A stretch of DNA of 64,000 bases from Bacteroidota bacterium (lineage in GTDB: Bacteria > Bacteroidota > Bacteroidia > Bacteroidales > FEN-979): the NCBI GenBank assembly GCA_037137455.1, contig JBAXKG010000001.1, positions 64,418-128,417 of the forward strand, read 5' to 3'. A program made the position numbers and the translations under genes. Of the stretch, positions 44,693 through 52,676 are shown one piece after another; the first letter of the stretch is position 1; each line of letters begins with the position of its first letter. The notes under the pieces were generated by a model, which ran no database searches, was not told the origin of the DNA, and saw only the letters and a list, made by a program, of their open reading frames with translations.

Positions 44693-46036
44693 ATGATGCA
44701 AATTAAACCATTTTTTCTTACAATCCTGACAACTGTAGCCCTGAATGCCGGATTCCGGGCTATCGCGCAGGTTGAAATGACAGTCCCTGCTGTGCCAACT
44801 GCAGCAGGTGAAACCGGTGATTTCAACTCCTGGTTCATCCCGAAAACGCTCCGGATCGATTATCTCCTGACCGGAGATGCCAAATCTGAAACGGCATGTT
44901 TTGTTCAGATGAAGGAGGAACCTTTCTGGGGCGGGCCGCATAAAAATCTTACCGATCCCTTCGGATATGGCACCTACCGGTATTCTGCCTACGATTCTGC
45001 CACCAAAAAACTGATCTTTTCACGCGGTTTCAGTTCGCTTTTCCAGGAATGGAAAGGTACGGATGAGGCGAAAAAGATGAAGCGTGCCTACCCAATGACT
45101 GCAGTGATGCCTTTTCCGAAAGCAACCATTTTCTTTATCATTGAAAAAAGATCTTACGAAACCAACCAGTTTGAACTGCTCTTTGACCGGTTTATCAACC
45201 CAACCGATTATTTCATCAGCCGCGAAAGCATTCATACCTGTAAGTTTTTGAAAATCAAAGATTCGGGAGATCCCAAGGATCATGTTGATGTAGCATTTTT
45301 AGCCGAAGGGTACACCACCCTGGAGATGGATAAATTCATTGAAGATGCAAAACGGATCAGCAATTATTTTTTATCGGTTGAGCCTTATGCAAGCAATGCC
45401 GTCCGGTTTAATTTCTATGCAATCGAATCGCCTTCCGATGAATCGGGCGTGACCATCCCCGGAAAGGATATTTATGTGAATACCAACATCCACAGCAGTT
45501 TTTACACCTTCGACATGGATCGTTATCTTACCACTTCTGATACCAAATCGATGTACGACATTGCGGCCAACGTACCATATGATCTTATTTTCGTGTTGGT
45601 CAACAGCAAACGCTACGGCGGCGGCGGATTTTACAATCATTACGGGGAAAGTACGGTCGATCACCAGAATTCGAATATTGTGGCGATCCATGAATTTGGG
45701 CACGAGTTCGCCGGACTTGCCGATGAATACTATGCTTCGGAAATCACTTACTCCGATTATTACAATCTGAAATTCGAACCCTGGGAGCCCAATATCACAA
45801 CGAACATCAATTTTTCATCCAAGTGGAAAGGGATGATTAAATCCGGAACCCCTGTTCCAACTCCGCGTGAGGAAAAATATAAAGGTGTGACCGGGATGTT
45901 TGAAGGAGGAGGATATCTTTCAAAGGGGATTTTCAGTCCGGTGATGGATTGCAGGATGAAGAGCAACGAAGCCCCAAGGTTCTGTGCGGCCTGTCAGGAC
46001 GCCATCCGTAAAATGATTATGTTCTATTGTGAATAA
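44693..46036 (+). CDS. Secreted M64-family (IgA peptidase-like) zinc metallopeptidase
   Basis: Signal peptide and the HEFGHEFAGLADEY zinc motif. Confidence 0.8.
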   Translation: MMQIKPFFLTILTTVALNAGFRAIAQVEMTVPAVPTAAGETGDFNSWFIPKTLRIDYLLTGDAKSETACFVQMKEEPFWGGPHKNLTDPFGYGTYRYSAYDSATKKLIFSRGFSSLFQEWKGTDEAKKMKRAYPMTAVMPFPKATIFFIIEKRSYETNQFELLFDRFINPTDYFISRESIHTCKFLKIKDSGDPKDHVDVAFLAEGYTTLEMDKFIEDAKRISNYFLSVEPYASNAVRFNFYAIESPSDESGVTIPGKDIYVNTNIHSSFYTFDMDRYLTTSDTKSMYDIAANVPYDLIFVLVNSKRYGGGGFYNHYGESTVDHQNSNIVAIHEFGHEFAGLADEYYASEITYSDYYNLKFEPWEPNITTNINFSSKWKGMIKSGTPVPTPREEKYKGVTGMFEGGGYLSKGIFSPVMDCRMKSNEAPRFCAACQDAIRKMIMFYCE

Positions 46037-46838
46037 AGGTCTCATTTTTGATATCCGCCGCTTCTCGGTACATGATGGTCCGGGAATCAGGACGACTGTT
46101 TTTTTCAAGGGTTGTCCGCTGAGTTGCTGGTGGTGCCACAACCCGGAAAGCCGCGACATCAGGCCTGAACAATCAACTAAACATCTCGCCCTTGACGGCC
46201 GGACTTTCGAACGCGAAGAGACCACAGGGAGGTGGATGTCTGTTGCGGAGGTAATGCAGGAGATATTACAGGACCGGATTTTTTACGACGAATCGGGTGG
46301 GGGGGTAACCTTTTCGGGTGGTGAGCCCATGCTGCAGGTAGATTTTCTTTTCAAATTGCTAAAAGCCTGCAGGAATGAGGGCATACACACAACGCTTGAC
46401 ACATCCGGATTTTCATCGATTGCTTCGATTGAAAAAATATCAGATTGGGTCGATCTGTTTCTTTATGACCTGAAGATCATCAATGAGGAAAAACATCAAA
46501 AATACACCGGTGTTTCAAACAAAATGATAATTGAAAATCTTAGATTTCTTTACATCTCAGGAAAAAATGTAATTCTCAGATTTCCGGTTGTGCCCGGAAT
46601 AACCGACACGGCGGAAAATATCAACGACATGAAAGAAGTCACAACACATCTTCAAATTTTCAAATCTTCAAATCTTCAAATCAGCCTTCTCCCCTATCAT
46701 TCCATGGCCCGTGAAAAATATCACCGTTTTTGTAAGTCAAATCTTCTGGAAGGCATTCCCGAACTTAAATCAGCGGATCTTTTACCGTTGAAAGCCGAGT
46801 TTGAATCGATCGGGCTTTTGGTGACGATCGGAGGCTGA
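46029..46838 (+). CDS. Glycyl-radical enzyme activating protein (radical SAM), short PflA-like form
   Basis: FSVHDGPGIRTTVFFKGCPLSCWWCHNPES and GGEPMLQ motifs. I found no Cys-rich ferredoxin-like insert after the CxxxCxxC motif. GTG start overlaps the M64 gene by 8 nt. Confidence 0.85.
   Translation: MNKGLIFDIRRFSVHDGPGIRTTVFFKGCPLSCWWCHNPESRDIRPEQSTKHLALDGRTFEREETTGRWMSVAEVMQEILQDRIFYDESGGGVTFSGGEPMLQVDFLFKLLKACRNEGIHTTLDTSGFSSIASIEKISDWVDLFLYDLKIINEEKHQKYTGVSNKMIIENLRFLYISGKNVILRFPVVPGITDTAENINDMKEVTTHLQIFKSSNLQISLLPYHSMAREKYHRFCKSNLLEGIPELKSADLLPLKAEFESIGLLVTIGG
46650..46682. repeat. Four tandem octamers (cttcaaat tttcaaat cttcaaat cttcaaat) inside the activase ORF
   Basis: Direct reading. 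The segment encodes HLQIFKSSNLQI. Confidence 0.75.
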
Positions 46839-46846
46839 AATCAATT

Positions 46847-46871
46847 TTCCGCACCTACGGAGCGGAATTTT
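46847..46871 (+). terminator. Intrinsic terminator candidate after the activase gene
   Basis: Stem ttccgcacc / ggagcggaa (one A-A mismatch, 3-nt loop) followed by tttt. It lies 9 nt after the stop codon. Confidence 0.45.
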
Positions 46872-46901
46872 CTGGCTGCAATTTATTTGGCTACCAAAAT
46901 T

Positions 46902-46918
46902 GAGCTCCGATGGAGCTC
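46902..46918 (-). terminator. Hairpin (possible terminator for the convergent OMP gene)
   Basis: 7-bp stem gagctcc / ggagctc with a 3-nt loop, followed by AAUUUUG on the minus strand. Confidence 0.3.
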
Positions 46919-46955
46919 CAATAATTAACCAACTTGTCCCCTCGCTGATAATATG

Positions 46956-46978
46956 TTTTACCTTTTACCTTTTACCTT
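46956..46978. repeat. Tandem heptamer micro-repeat (ttttacc x3)
   Basis: Direct reading. It lies just downstream of the OMP gene stop on the minus strand. Confidence 0.75.
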
Positions 46979-46988
46979 GCAATATTCT

Positions 46989-47669
46989 TCATTTAACCGA
47001 TGACAGCCTGATTGCATAACCCACCGAAATACCATAAGACATGCTTCTTCCAACAATAAAGGCATCTTCGAGCACATCACTCAATCCGAAAAGGTAGGAT
47101 AATTTTAGAATTATATCGCCAGGGCCCATATTATAACTCAGACCGGCCTCAGTTGCCCAGGACAGATCCACCTCATTGAAGCGTGAAAATGGCATGAAAA
47201 ACCTGTAGTACGGACCTGAGAAAAGTGCGCCCCCATTAGGTGTGCCAACGGCAAAATCGGCCTGTGGCCCGGTGGCAATCAGCAACCCGAACTTACTCTG
47301 TTTGAAATGGAAGTGGTATCCTAACAATAATGATAATCCGACATAATGCTGCCTGGCAGGAGTTGTCCAAATCCAACCGGCTGAATCAATGAATGTTACC
47401 TTTGCCAATCCTTTGTTGGAGTAATGAAAACCTGTTGAAAGGAAAAAATTCATTCCCAAACCAATATCAGTAGTGACAGCAGCCTGGAATGATCCTACGT
47501 TGGGGTTTAAGGTAACGGAATCGAGAAGGTAATCATTTCGCTGAATACGTGCATATTCTGCAACAGCGGTATGGGTACCAAGAAATCCCACCTGGATACC
47601 GATTGAATTCTGTGCCTGCAGAATAGAAAAAAAGAAGCTTATAAACAGGAGTAAAATCGTTCTCTTCAT
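46989..47669 (-). CDS. Outer-membrane beta-barrel protein (porin/OmpA-like barrel family)
   Basis: Signal peptide, alternating hydrophobic strands, a terminal aromatic-rich strand, and Gly/Tyr/Phe-rich composition. Confidence 0.55.
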   Translation of the reverse strand: MKRTILLLFISFFFSILQAQNSIGIQVGFLGTHTAVAEYARIQRNDYLLDSVTLNPNVGSFQAAVTTDIGLGMNFFLSTGFHYSNKGLAKVTFIDSAGWIWTTPARQHYVGLSLLLGYHFHFKQSKFGLLIATGPQADFAVGTPNGGALFSGPYYRFFMPFSRFNEVDLSWATEAGLSYNMGPGDIILKLSYLFGLSDVLEDAFIVGRSMSYGISVGYAIRLSSVK

Positions 47670-47722
47670 GATAAATTTGTATAGAAATTATTAAAAAACA
47701 TTCAGGATTTGTATACAGGATG

Positions 47723-47730
47723 CAAAAATA
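47723..47730 (-). promoter_or_regulatory. -7 promoter box (TATTTTTG) for the OMP gene
   Basis: Matches TAnnTTTG on the minus strand, 53 nt before the ATG at 47669. Confidence 0.35.
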
Positions 47731-47815
47731 GCTAAGTTTCTGAAATCATGAGGTCAATAATCGCTTTCTGAGATTAAAAAATCTATTACTGGCTTCAGCT
47801 ATTTAATGTTTTCGA

Positions 47816-47823
47816 TATATTTG
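47816..47823 (+). promoter_or_regulatory. -7 promoter box (TATATTTG) only 4 nt upstream of the glycyl-radical enzyme ATG
   Basis: Matches TAnnTTTG. The ATG is at 47828. Confidence 0.35.
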
Positions 47824-47827
47824 CCGG

Positions 47828-50209
47828 ATGACAACAGACAGGATAAAATTTTTACGTGAAAAGAGCCTTAATGCCCTGAACTGCATCTCGGCAGAACGTG
47901 CTTTGCTCGTAACTGAATTTTACGCATCCGGGATTGAGAGGGAGGTTTCAGTTCCGGTGATGCGTGCCATGACTTTAGACCACATTCTTTCTCATAAAAA
48001 ACTTTGCTATAACGAGGGAGAACTTATCGTTGGGGAGCGAGGACCAGCGCCCAAATCCTGCCCTACTTTTCCTGAAATTTGTGTTCACTCATTGGAAGAT
48101 CTCGATATTCTTAATAAAAGGAAGAAGGTCTCCTTTAAGGTTGATGCTGCCACCCGTAAGATATACAAAGAAAAAATCATTCCATTCTGGAGCGGTAAAA
48201 GCAACCGCGACAGGGTGATGCGTTCGGTAAAGCCGGAATGGTTGGATGCATACAGAGCAGGTGTTTTTACTGAATTCCAGGAACAACGCGGCCCGGGGCA
48301 TACCGTGGCTGGTGATAAGATCTATCGAATAGGAATGATCGACCTAATTGATGAAATCAGGGAAACAAGATCAAGGATCGATTGGTTGAATGATCCGGGC
48401 AGCCTGGCGAAGGACGAGGAACTGAAAGCCATGGAAATTGCTGCAAACTCAGTGATTCGCTTTTCAAATCGATATTCCGGTTATCTGGAAGAATTGGCTG
48501 GTCAGATTTCAGAAACAAGTCACGCGTCACGCGCCGCGCGCCGCGAACTGGAAGAGTTAGCCCGCATTTGCCACCGGGTTCCTGCACATGCCCCTGAAAC
48601 CTTCCATGAGGCTCTTCAATACTACTGGTTCGTGCATCTTTGTGTGATTACCGAGCTCAATCCCTGGGATTCGTTCAATCCGGGACGACTCGACCAGCAC
48701 CTTTTCCCATTCTACCAGCGTGAGATCGAAGCAGGTACATTAACCAGGGAAAAAGCAGTTGAAATCCTTCAAAGCTTCTGGATAAAGTTCAACAACCATC
48801 CGGCGCCTCCGAAAGTTGGTGTCACAGCTCAGGAAAGTAATACCTACACCGATTTTTCGCTGATCAACCTTGGTGGCGTGAAGGCCGATGGTTCCAATGC
48901 CGTTAATGAAATGACCTTCATCCTTCTCGATGTGATCGAAGAGATGCGGCTGCTACAGCCCAGTTCGATGGTTCAGGTGAGTAAAAAAAATCCGGACAGA
49001 CTAATACAGCGCACATTGCAGATCACAAAAACCGGTTTCGGACAGCCTTCCTATTTTAATACCGATGCGATCGTGCAGGAACTGGTAAGGCAGGGAAAAG
49101 ATATCGTTGATGCTCGTAATGGAGGCGCCAGCGGCTGTGTAGAGTCTGGCGCATTCGGCACCGAGGCTTATATACTCAGCGGCTATTTCAATATTCCGAA
49201 AGTGCTTGAAATTACCCTTCACAACGGCTTTGATCCAGGAACCGGGAAGCAGATCGGACCAAAGACCGGAAAGGCTGAAAAATTCAAATCGTATGAAGAG
49301 GTGATGATAGCCTTTAACAGGCAACTTCGTCACTTCATCGATATCAAGATCAAGGGAAACAATATCATCGCGCAAATTTTTGCACAGTATCTTCCTGTTC
49401 CATTTCTTTCGCTGATTATCGATGATTGCATTGCCAACGGGCTTGACTACAACGCCGGTGGGGCAAGATACAACACCACCTACATCCAGGGTGTGGGGCT
49501 TGGAACCATCACCGATGCACTGACTTCAATCAAATATCACGTTTTTGAAAAGAAAACCATTTCCATGAAGGGGATGCTGAAGGCATTATCAGAAGATTTT
49601 AAGGATTTTGAAGAATTTCACGTTGACCTGGTCTATTCTACACCGAAATACGGCAACGATGAGGATTATGCCGATGATCGGGCCCGTGAAGTATTTGAAT
49701 CATTTTACAATTGTGTTAATGGCCGTCCGAATGCAACCAGGGGCACTCACCGTATTAACATGCTGCCAACGACCTGCCATATTTATTTTGGCAGTGTTAT
49801 CGGGGCGCTTCCCGATGGCAGGAAGGCAAAAAAACCACTTTCGGAAGGTATCTCCCCTGTGCAGGGCGCCGATCGCAAAGGACCTACCGCCGTATTGAAA
49901 TCGGCTGCAAAGATTGATCATATCCGCACTGGTGGCACTCTTCTCAACCAGAAATTTTCTCCTGATTTTTTTACAGGTGATGAAAGCATCCTCAAGCTCA
50001 CTGCACTTATCCGTTCTTACTTCAGGATGGATGGGCACCACATACAATTTAACGTTGTTTCGGCCAGTACCCTGCGCGATGCCCAGAAACATCCGGAAAG
50101 ATACCGCGACCTTATAGTTCGTGTGGCAGGTTACAGCGATTATTTCAATGATTTGGGTGAAGAGCTGCAGAATGAGATCATTTTTCGTACTGAACAGGGA
50201 TCATTTTAA
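47828..50209 (+). CDS. Glycyl radical enzyme, PFL2/glycerol-dehydratase family (hydroxyproline-dehydratase-sized; substrate not assignable)
   Basis: 793 aa. Contains the thiyl loop GGASGCVESGAFG (GCVE) and the C-terminal glycyl radical motif RVAGYSDYF. Confidence 0.85.
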   Translation: MTTDRIKFLREKSLNALNCISAERALLVTEFYASGIEREVSVPVMRAMTLDHILSHKKLCYNEGELIVGERGPAPKSCPTFPEICVHSLEDLDILNKRKKVSFKVDAATRKIYKEKIIPFWSGKSNRDRVMRSVKPEWLDAYRAGVFTEFQEQRGPGHTVAGDKIYRIGMIDLIDEIRETRSRIDWLNDPGSLAKDEELKAMEIAANSVIRFSNRYSGYLEELAGQISETSHASRAARRELEELARICHRVPAHAPETFHEALQYYWFVHLCVITELNPWDSFNPGRLDQHLFPFYQREIEAGTLTREKAVEILQSFWIKFNNHPAPPKVGVTAQESNTYTDFSLINLGGVKADGSNAVNEMTFILLDVIEEMRLLQPSSMVQVSKKNPDRLIQRTLQITKTGFGQPSYFNTDAIVQELVRQGKDIVDARNGGASGCVESGAFGTEAYILSGYFNIPKVLEITLHNGFDPGTGKQIGPKTGKAEKFKSYEEVMIAFNRQLRHFIDIKIKGNNIIAQIFAQYLPVPFLSLIIDDCIANGLDYNAGGARYNTTYIQGVGLGTITDALTSIKYHVFEKKTISMKGMLKALSEDFKDFEEFHVDLVYSTPKYGNDEDYADDRAREVFESFYNCVNGRPNATRGTHRINMLPTTCHIYFGSVIGALPDGRKAKKPLSEGISPVQGADRKGPTAVLKSAAKIDHIRTGGTLLNQKFSPDFFTGDESILKLTALIRSYFRMDGHHIQFNVVSASTLRDAQKHPERYRDLIVRVAGYSDYFNDLGEELQNEIIFRTEQGSF

Positions 50210-50221
50210 ACAAATTTCCAT

Positions 50222-52624
50222 ATGAAAAAAGCGCACCATTTATTTCTTTCCGGGTTGTTTTTCGTACCCATTTGTCTTTATGCACAATCTGAACTACCTG
50301 TTTTTGCCGGCAAGGTCAAATCCATAAACCTGTCAGAACATTCGCTGATTGTAAAAACAGATAATGCATTCGCTGAAATTTATACCTATTCCCCTACAGT
50401 GATTCGTGTTCGGATCAATCGTAAAGAGCCAAAGTATGATTTCTCCTATGCAGTTATTCAAAAACCATCATCTTATTTTCGCGGTATGCAGGAAAAAGGG
50501 GATTCGGTGCAACTTTTTACCGATTCATTACAATTGGTATTATACAAGAATCCTATGCGCATTGTGGTAAAATCGATCAGCGGCGAGATGATCTCAGAAG
50601 ATTATGCCAGCCTGCCTGTATCATGGCTTGGAACTGAGGTGACCTGTTATAAAAAACTTTTTCCCGATGAAAAATTTCTCGGATTAGGAGAAAAGACCGG
50701 TAACCTAGACAAACGGGGAAACTCATTCGAAAACTGGAATTCAGATGTTCCGGCTTATGCCACCAACCACGATCCGCTGTACCAGAGTATTCCGTTCTTT
50801 ATCGGCATTCATGGAAAGGTCGCTTATGGCATTTTCCTGGATAATTCTTATCGCACAAAATTCAACTTCGGCGCATCCACCGATGAACAGTTCAGCAGCT
50901 TTTCGGCCGCAGATGGTGAAATGGACTATTATATTTTCGGTGCATCTGATGTTGCGGGAATCATCAGCGATTACACATGGCTCACCGGCAGAATGCCTAT
51001 GCCACCCTACTGGAGCCTCGGATACCACCAATGCCGGTGGAGTTATTTTCCTGAATCTCAGGTGATGAGCATCGCACAGCAATTCCGCGACAAACAAATT
51101 CCCTGCGATGCGATTTATCTCGACATCGATTACATGGATGCCTACAAGATCTTCACCTGGCACAAAGAACGGTTCCCGCAACCTAAAGCCATGATCGATA
51201 AACTGAACGGAATGGGTTTCCATGTTGTGACCATAATCGACCCCGGGATAAAGGTGGAAAAGGGATATTTCGCATATGAGGAGGGTGTTGCGAATAATTA
51301 TTTCGCAAAATATCCCGACGGAAGCAATTATATCGGAAGCGTTTGGCCAGGGAGATGTCACTTTCCCGATTTCACGAAGGAATCGACAAGAAAATGGTGG
51401 GGAGCCTCATTCAGCAGTCTCGTAGATCCAGGGGTAGAAGGCTTCTGGAACGACATGAACGAACCCTCCGCGTGGGGACAAAGTATTCCGAACATCGTAC
51501 AATTTGATTTCGAAGGACGGAAAGGTTCAATAACCCAGGCCCACAACATTTACGGTCTCGAGATGTCGCGTGCCACTTTTGAAGGAACCAGGGCGCTTCT
51601 GAAAGGTAAACGCCCTTTCGTGATTACACGTGCCGGTTTTGCCGGAATACAGCGCTACTCAATGGTTTGGACAGGCGATAATGAAGCCACCGACGACCAC
51701 ATGCTGCTATCTGCCCGCATGGTAACGGGATTGGGTTTGTCAGGGGTTTCATTTACCGGTCCGGATGTTGGGGGATTTATGGGGAATCCGTCCGAACAGC
51801 TCATAACACGTTGGATGTCACTCGGTGTTTACACTCCCTTTTTCCGGAACCATTCGGCCTGGGATACAAAAAGCAAGGAGCCATGGTCATTCGGACTCAA
51901 TGTGGAATACATGCTGAAAGATATGATCAAACAGCGTTATCGCCTGCTGCCATACATCTACTCCGCAATGTACGAATCAACCCGGAGCGGAATGCCAGTG
52001 GCGCGCAGTCTGGCAATCAACTATACCTTCGATGAGAAGGTTTACTGGTGGAAATACCAAAATGAATATCTTTTCGGCGATAACCTGCTTATAGCTCCAG
52101 TATCGTGTAACCAGCAGGCAGCTAAGGTTTACCTGCCCGAAGGCGGCTGGTATCGCCTCAGCAGTGGCGAATTTTATAAAGGCAATGCGGAAGTCACGGT
52201 TGATGCACCATTGAATGATCTGCCTGTTTTTGTAAAAGCATCGGGAATTATTCCAATGCAGTCGGATATTCAATTCACCGCACAGAAACCATCACCGGTG
52301 TTGGATTTGCATATCTACAACGGGAATAAACCAAACAGTTTTACCTATTATGAAGATGACGGGTCGACATACCAGTTTGAGAATGGTCAATTCTACCGTA
52401 GAAAGATCACCTTTGATCCTGGAAAGAAAACAATTGACATTTCAAAAGCGGAAGGGAGTTTTGCCAGTAAATATACAAGTTTCAGACTGATTTTTCATTC
52501 GTTTGATAATCTAATGACCATCAAATCAAATGGAAATGATTATTCCCTTAAACTTAAATCCACCACTGAGCGCTTCGTGGAAATTCCGGTCAGCAGTGAA
52601 AATATGAATATCAGCTATCAGTAA
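50222..52624 (+). CDS. GH31 alpha-glucosidase
   Basis: Signal peptide. Contains GFWNDMNEPS (nucleophile region) and VWTGDNEAT motifs. Confidence 0.9.
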   Translation: MKKAHHLFLSGLFFVPICLYAQSELPVFAGKVKSINLSEHSLIVKTDNAFAEIYTYSPTVIRVRINRKEPKYDFSYAVIQKPSSYFRGMQEKGDSVQLFTDSLQLVLYKNPMRIVVKSISGEMISEDYASLPVSWLGTEVTCYKKLFPDEKFLGLGEKTGNLDKRGNSFENWNSDVPAYATNHDPLYQSIPFFIGIHGKVAYGIFLDNSYRTKFNFGASTDEQFSSFSAADGEMDYYIFGASDVAGIISDYTWLTGRMPMPPYWSLGYHQCRWSYFPESQVMSIAQQFRDKQIPCDAIYLDIDYMDAYKIFTWHKERFPQPKAMIDKLNGMGFHVVTIIDPGIKVEKGYFAYEEGVANNYFAKYPDGSNYIGSVWPGRCHFPDFTKESTRKWWGASFSSLVDPGVEGFWNDMNEPSAWGQSIPNIVQFDFEGRKGSITQAHNIYGLEMSRATFEGTRALLKGKRPFVITRAGFAGIQRYSMVWTGDNEATDDHMLLSARMVTGLGLSGVSFTGPDVGGFMGNPSEQLITRWMSLGVYTPFFRNHSAWDTKSKEPWSFGLNVEYMLKDMIKQRYRLLPYIYSAMYESTRSGMPVARSLAINYTFDEKVYWWKYQNEYLFGDNLLIAPVSCNQQAAKVYLPEGGWYRLSSGEFYKGNAEVTVDAPLNDLPVFVKASGIIPMQSDIQFTAQKPSPVLDLHIYNGNKPNSFTYYEDDGSTYQFENGQFYRRKITFDPGKKTIDISKAEGSFASKYTSFRLIFHSFDNLMTIKSNGNDYSLKLKSTTERFVEIPVSSENMNISYQ

Positions 52625-52642
52625 GAGAAGCAATCGTTTTCT

Positions 52643-52650
52643 TATTTTTG
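52643..52650 (+). promoter_or_regulatory. -7 promoter box (TATTTTTG) for the transglutaminase-like gene
   Basis: Matches TAnnTTTG, 26 nt before the ATG at 52677. Confidence 0.4.
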
Positions 52651-52676
52651 TTGCAGGCCAATTTTGATATTTTCCC

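Noticed and set aside
46299-46305. The G7 homopolymer in the activase gene, and the T8 run at the DUF2961 gene start (about 22738-22745), as phase-variation switches
   Set aside because: The tracts are short for efficient slippage, and there is no evidence of alternative frames restoring or truncating products. They are noted only as possible sequencing or slippage hot spots.
11061-46978. The micro-repeat arrays as CRISPR arrays or MITE/REP elements
   Set aside because: Units are only 7-8 nt, directly abutting with no spacers. The arrays are 17-35 nt long, have no inverted termini or hairpin potential, and no cas genes are present.
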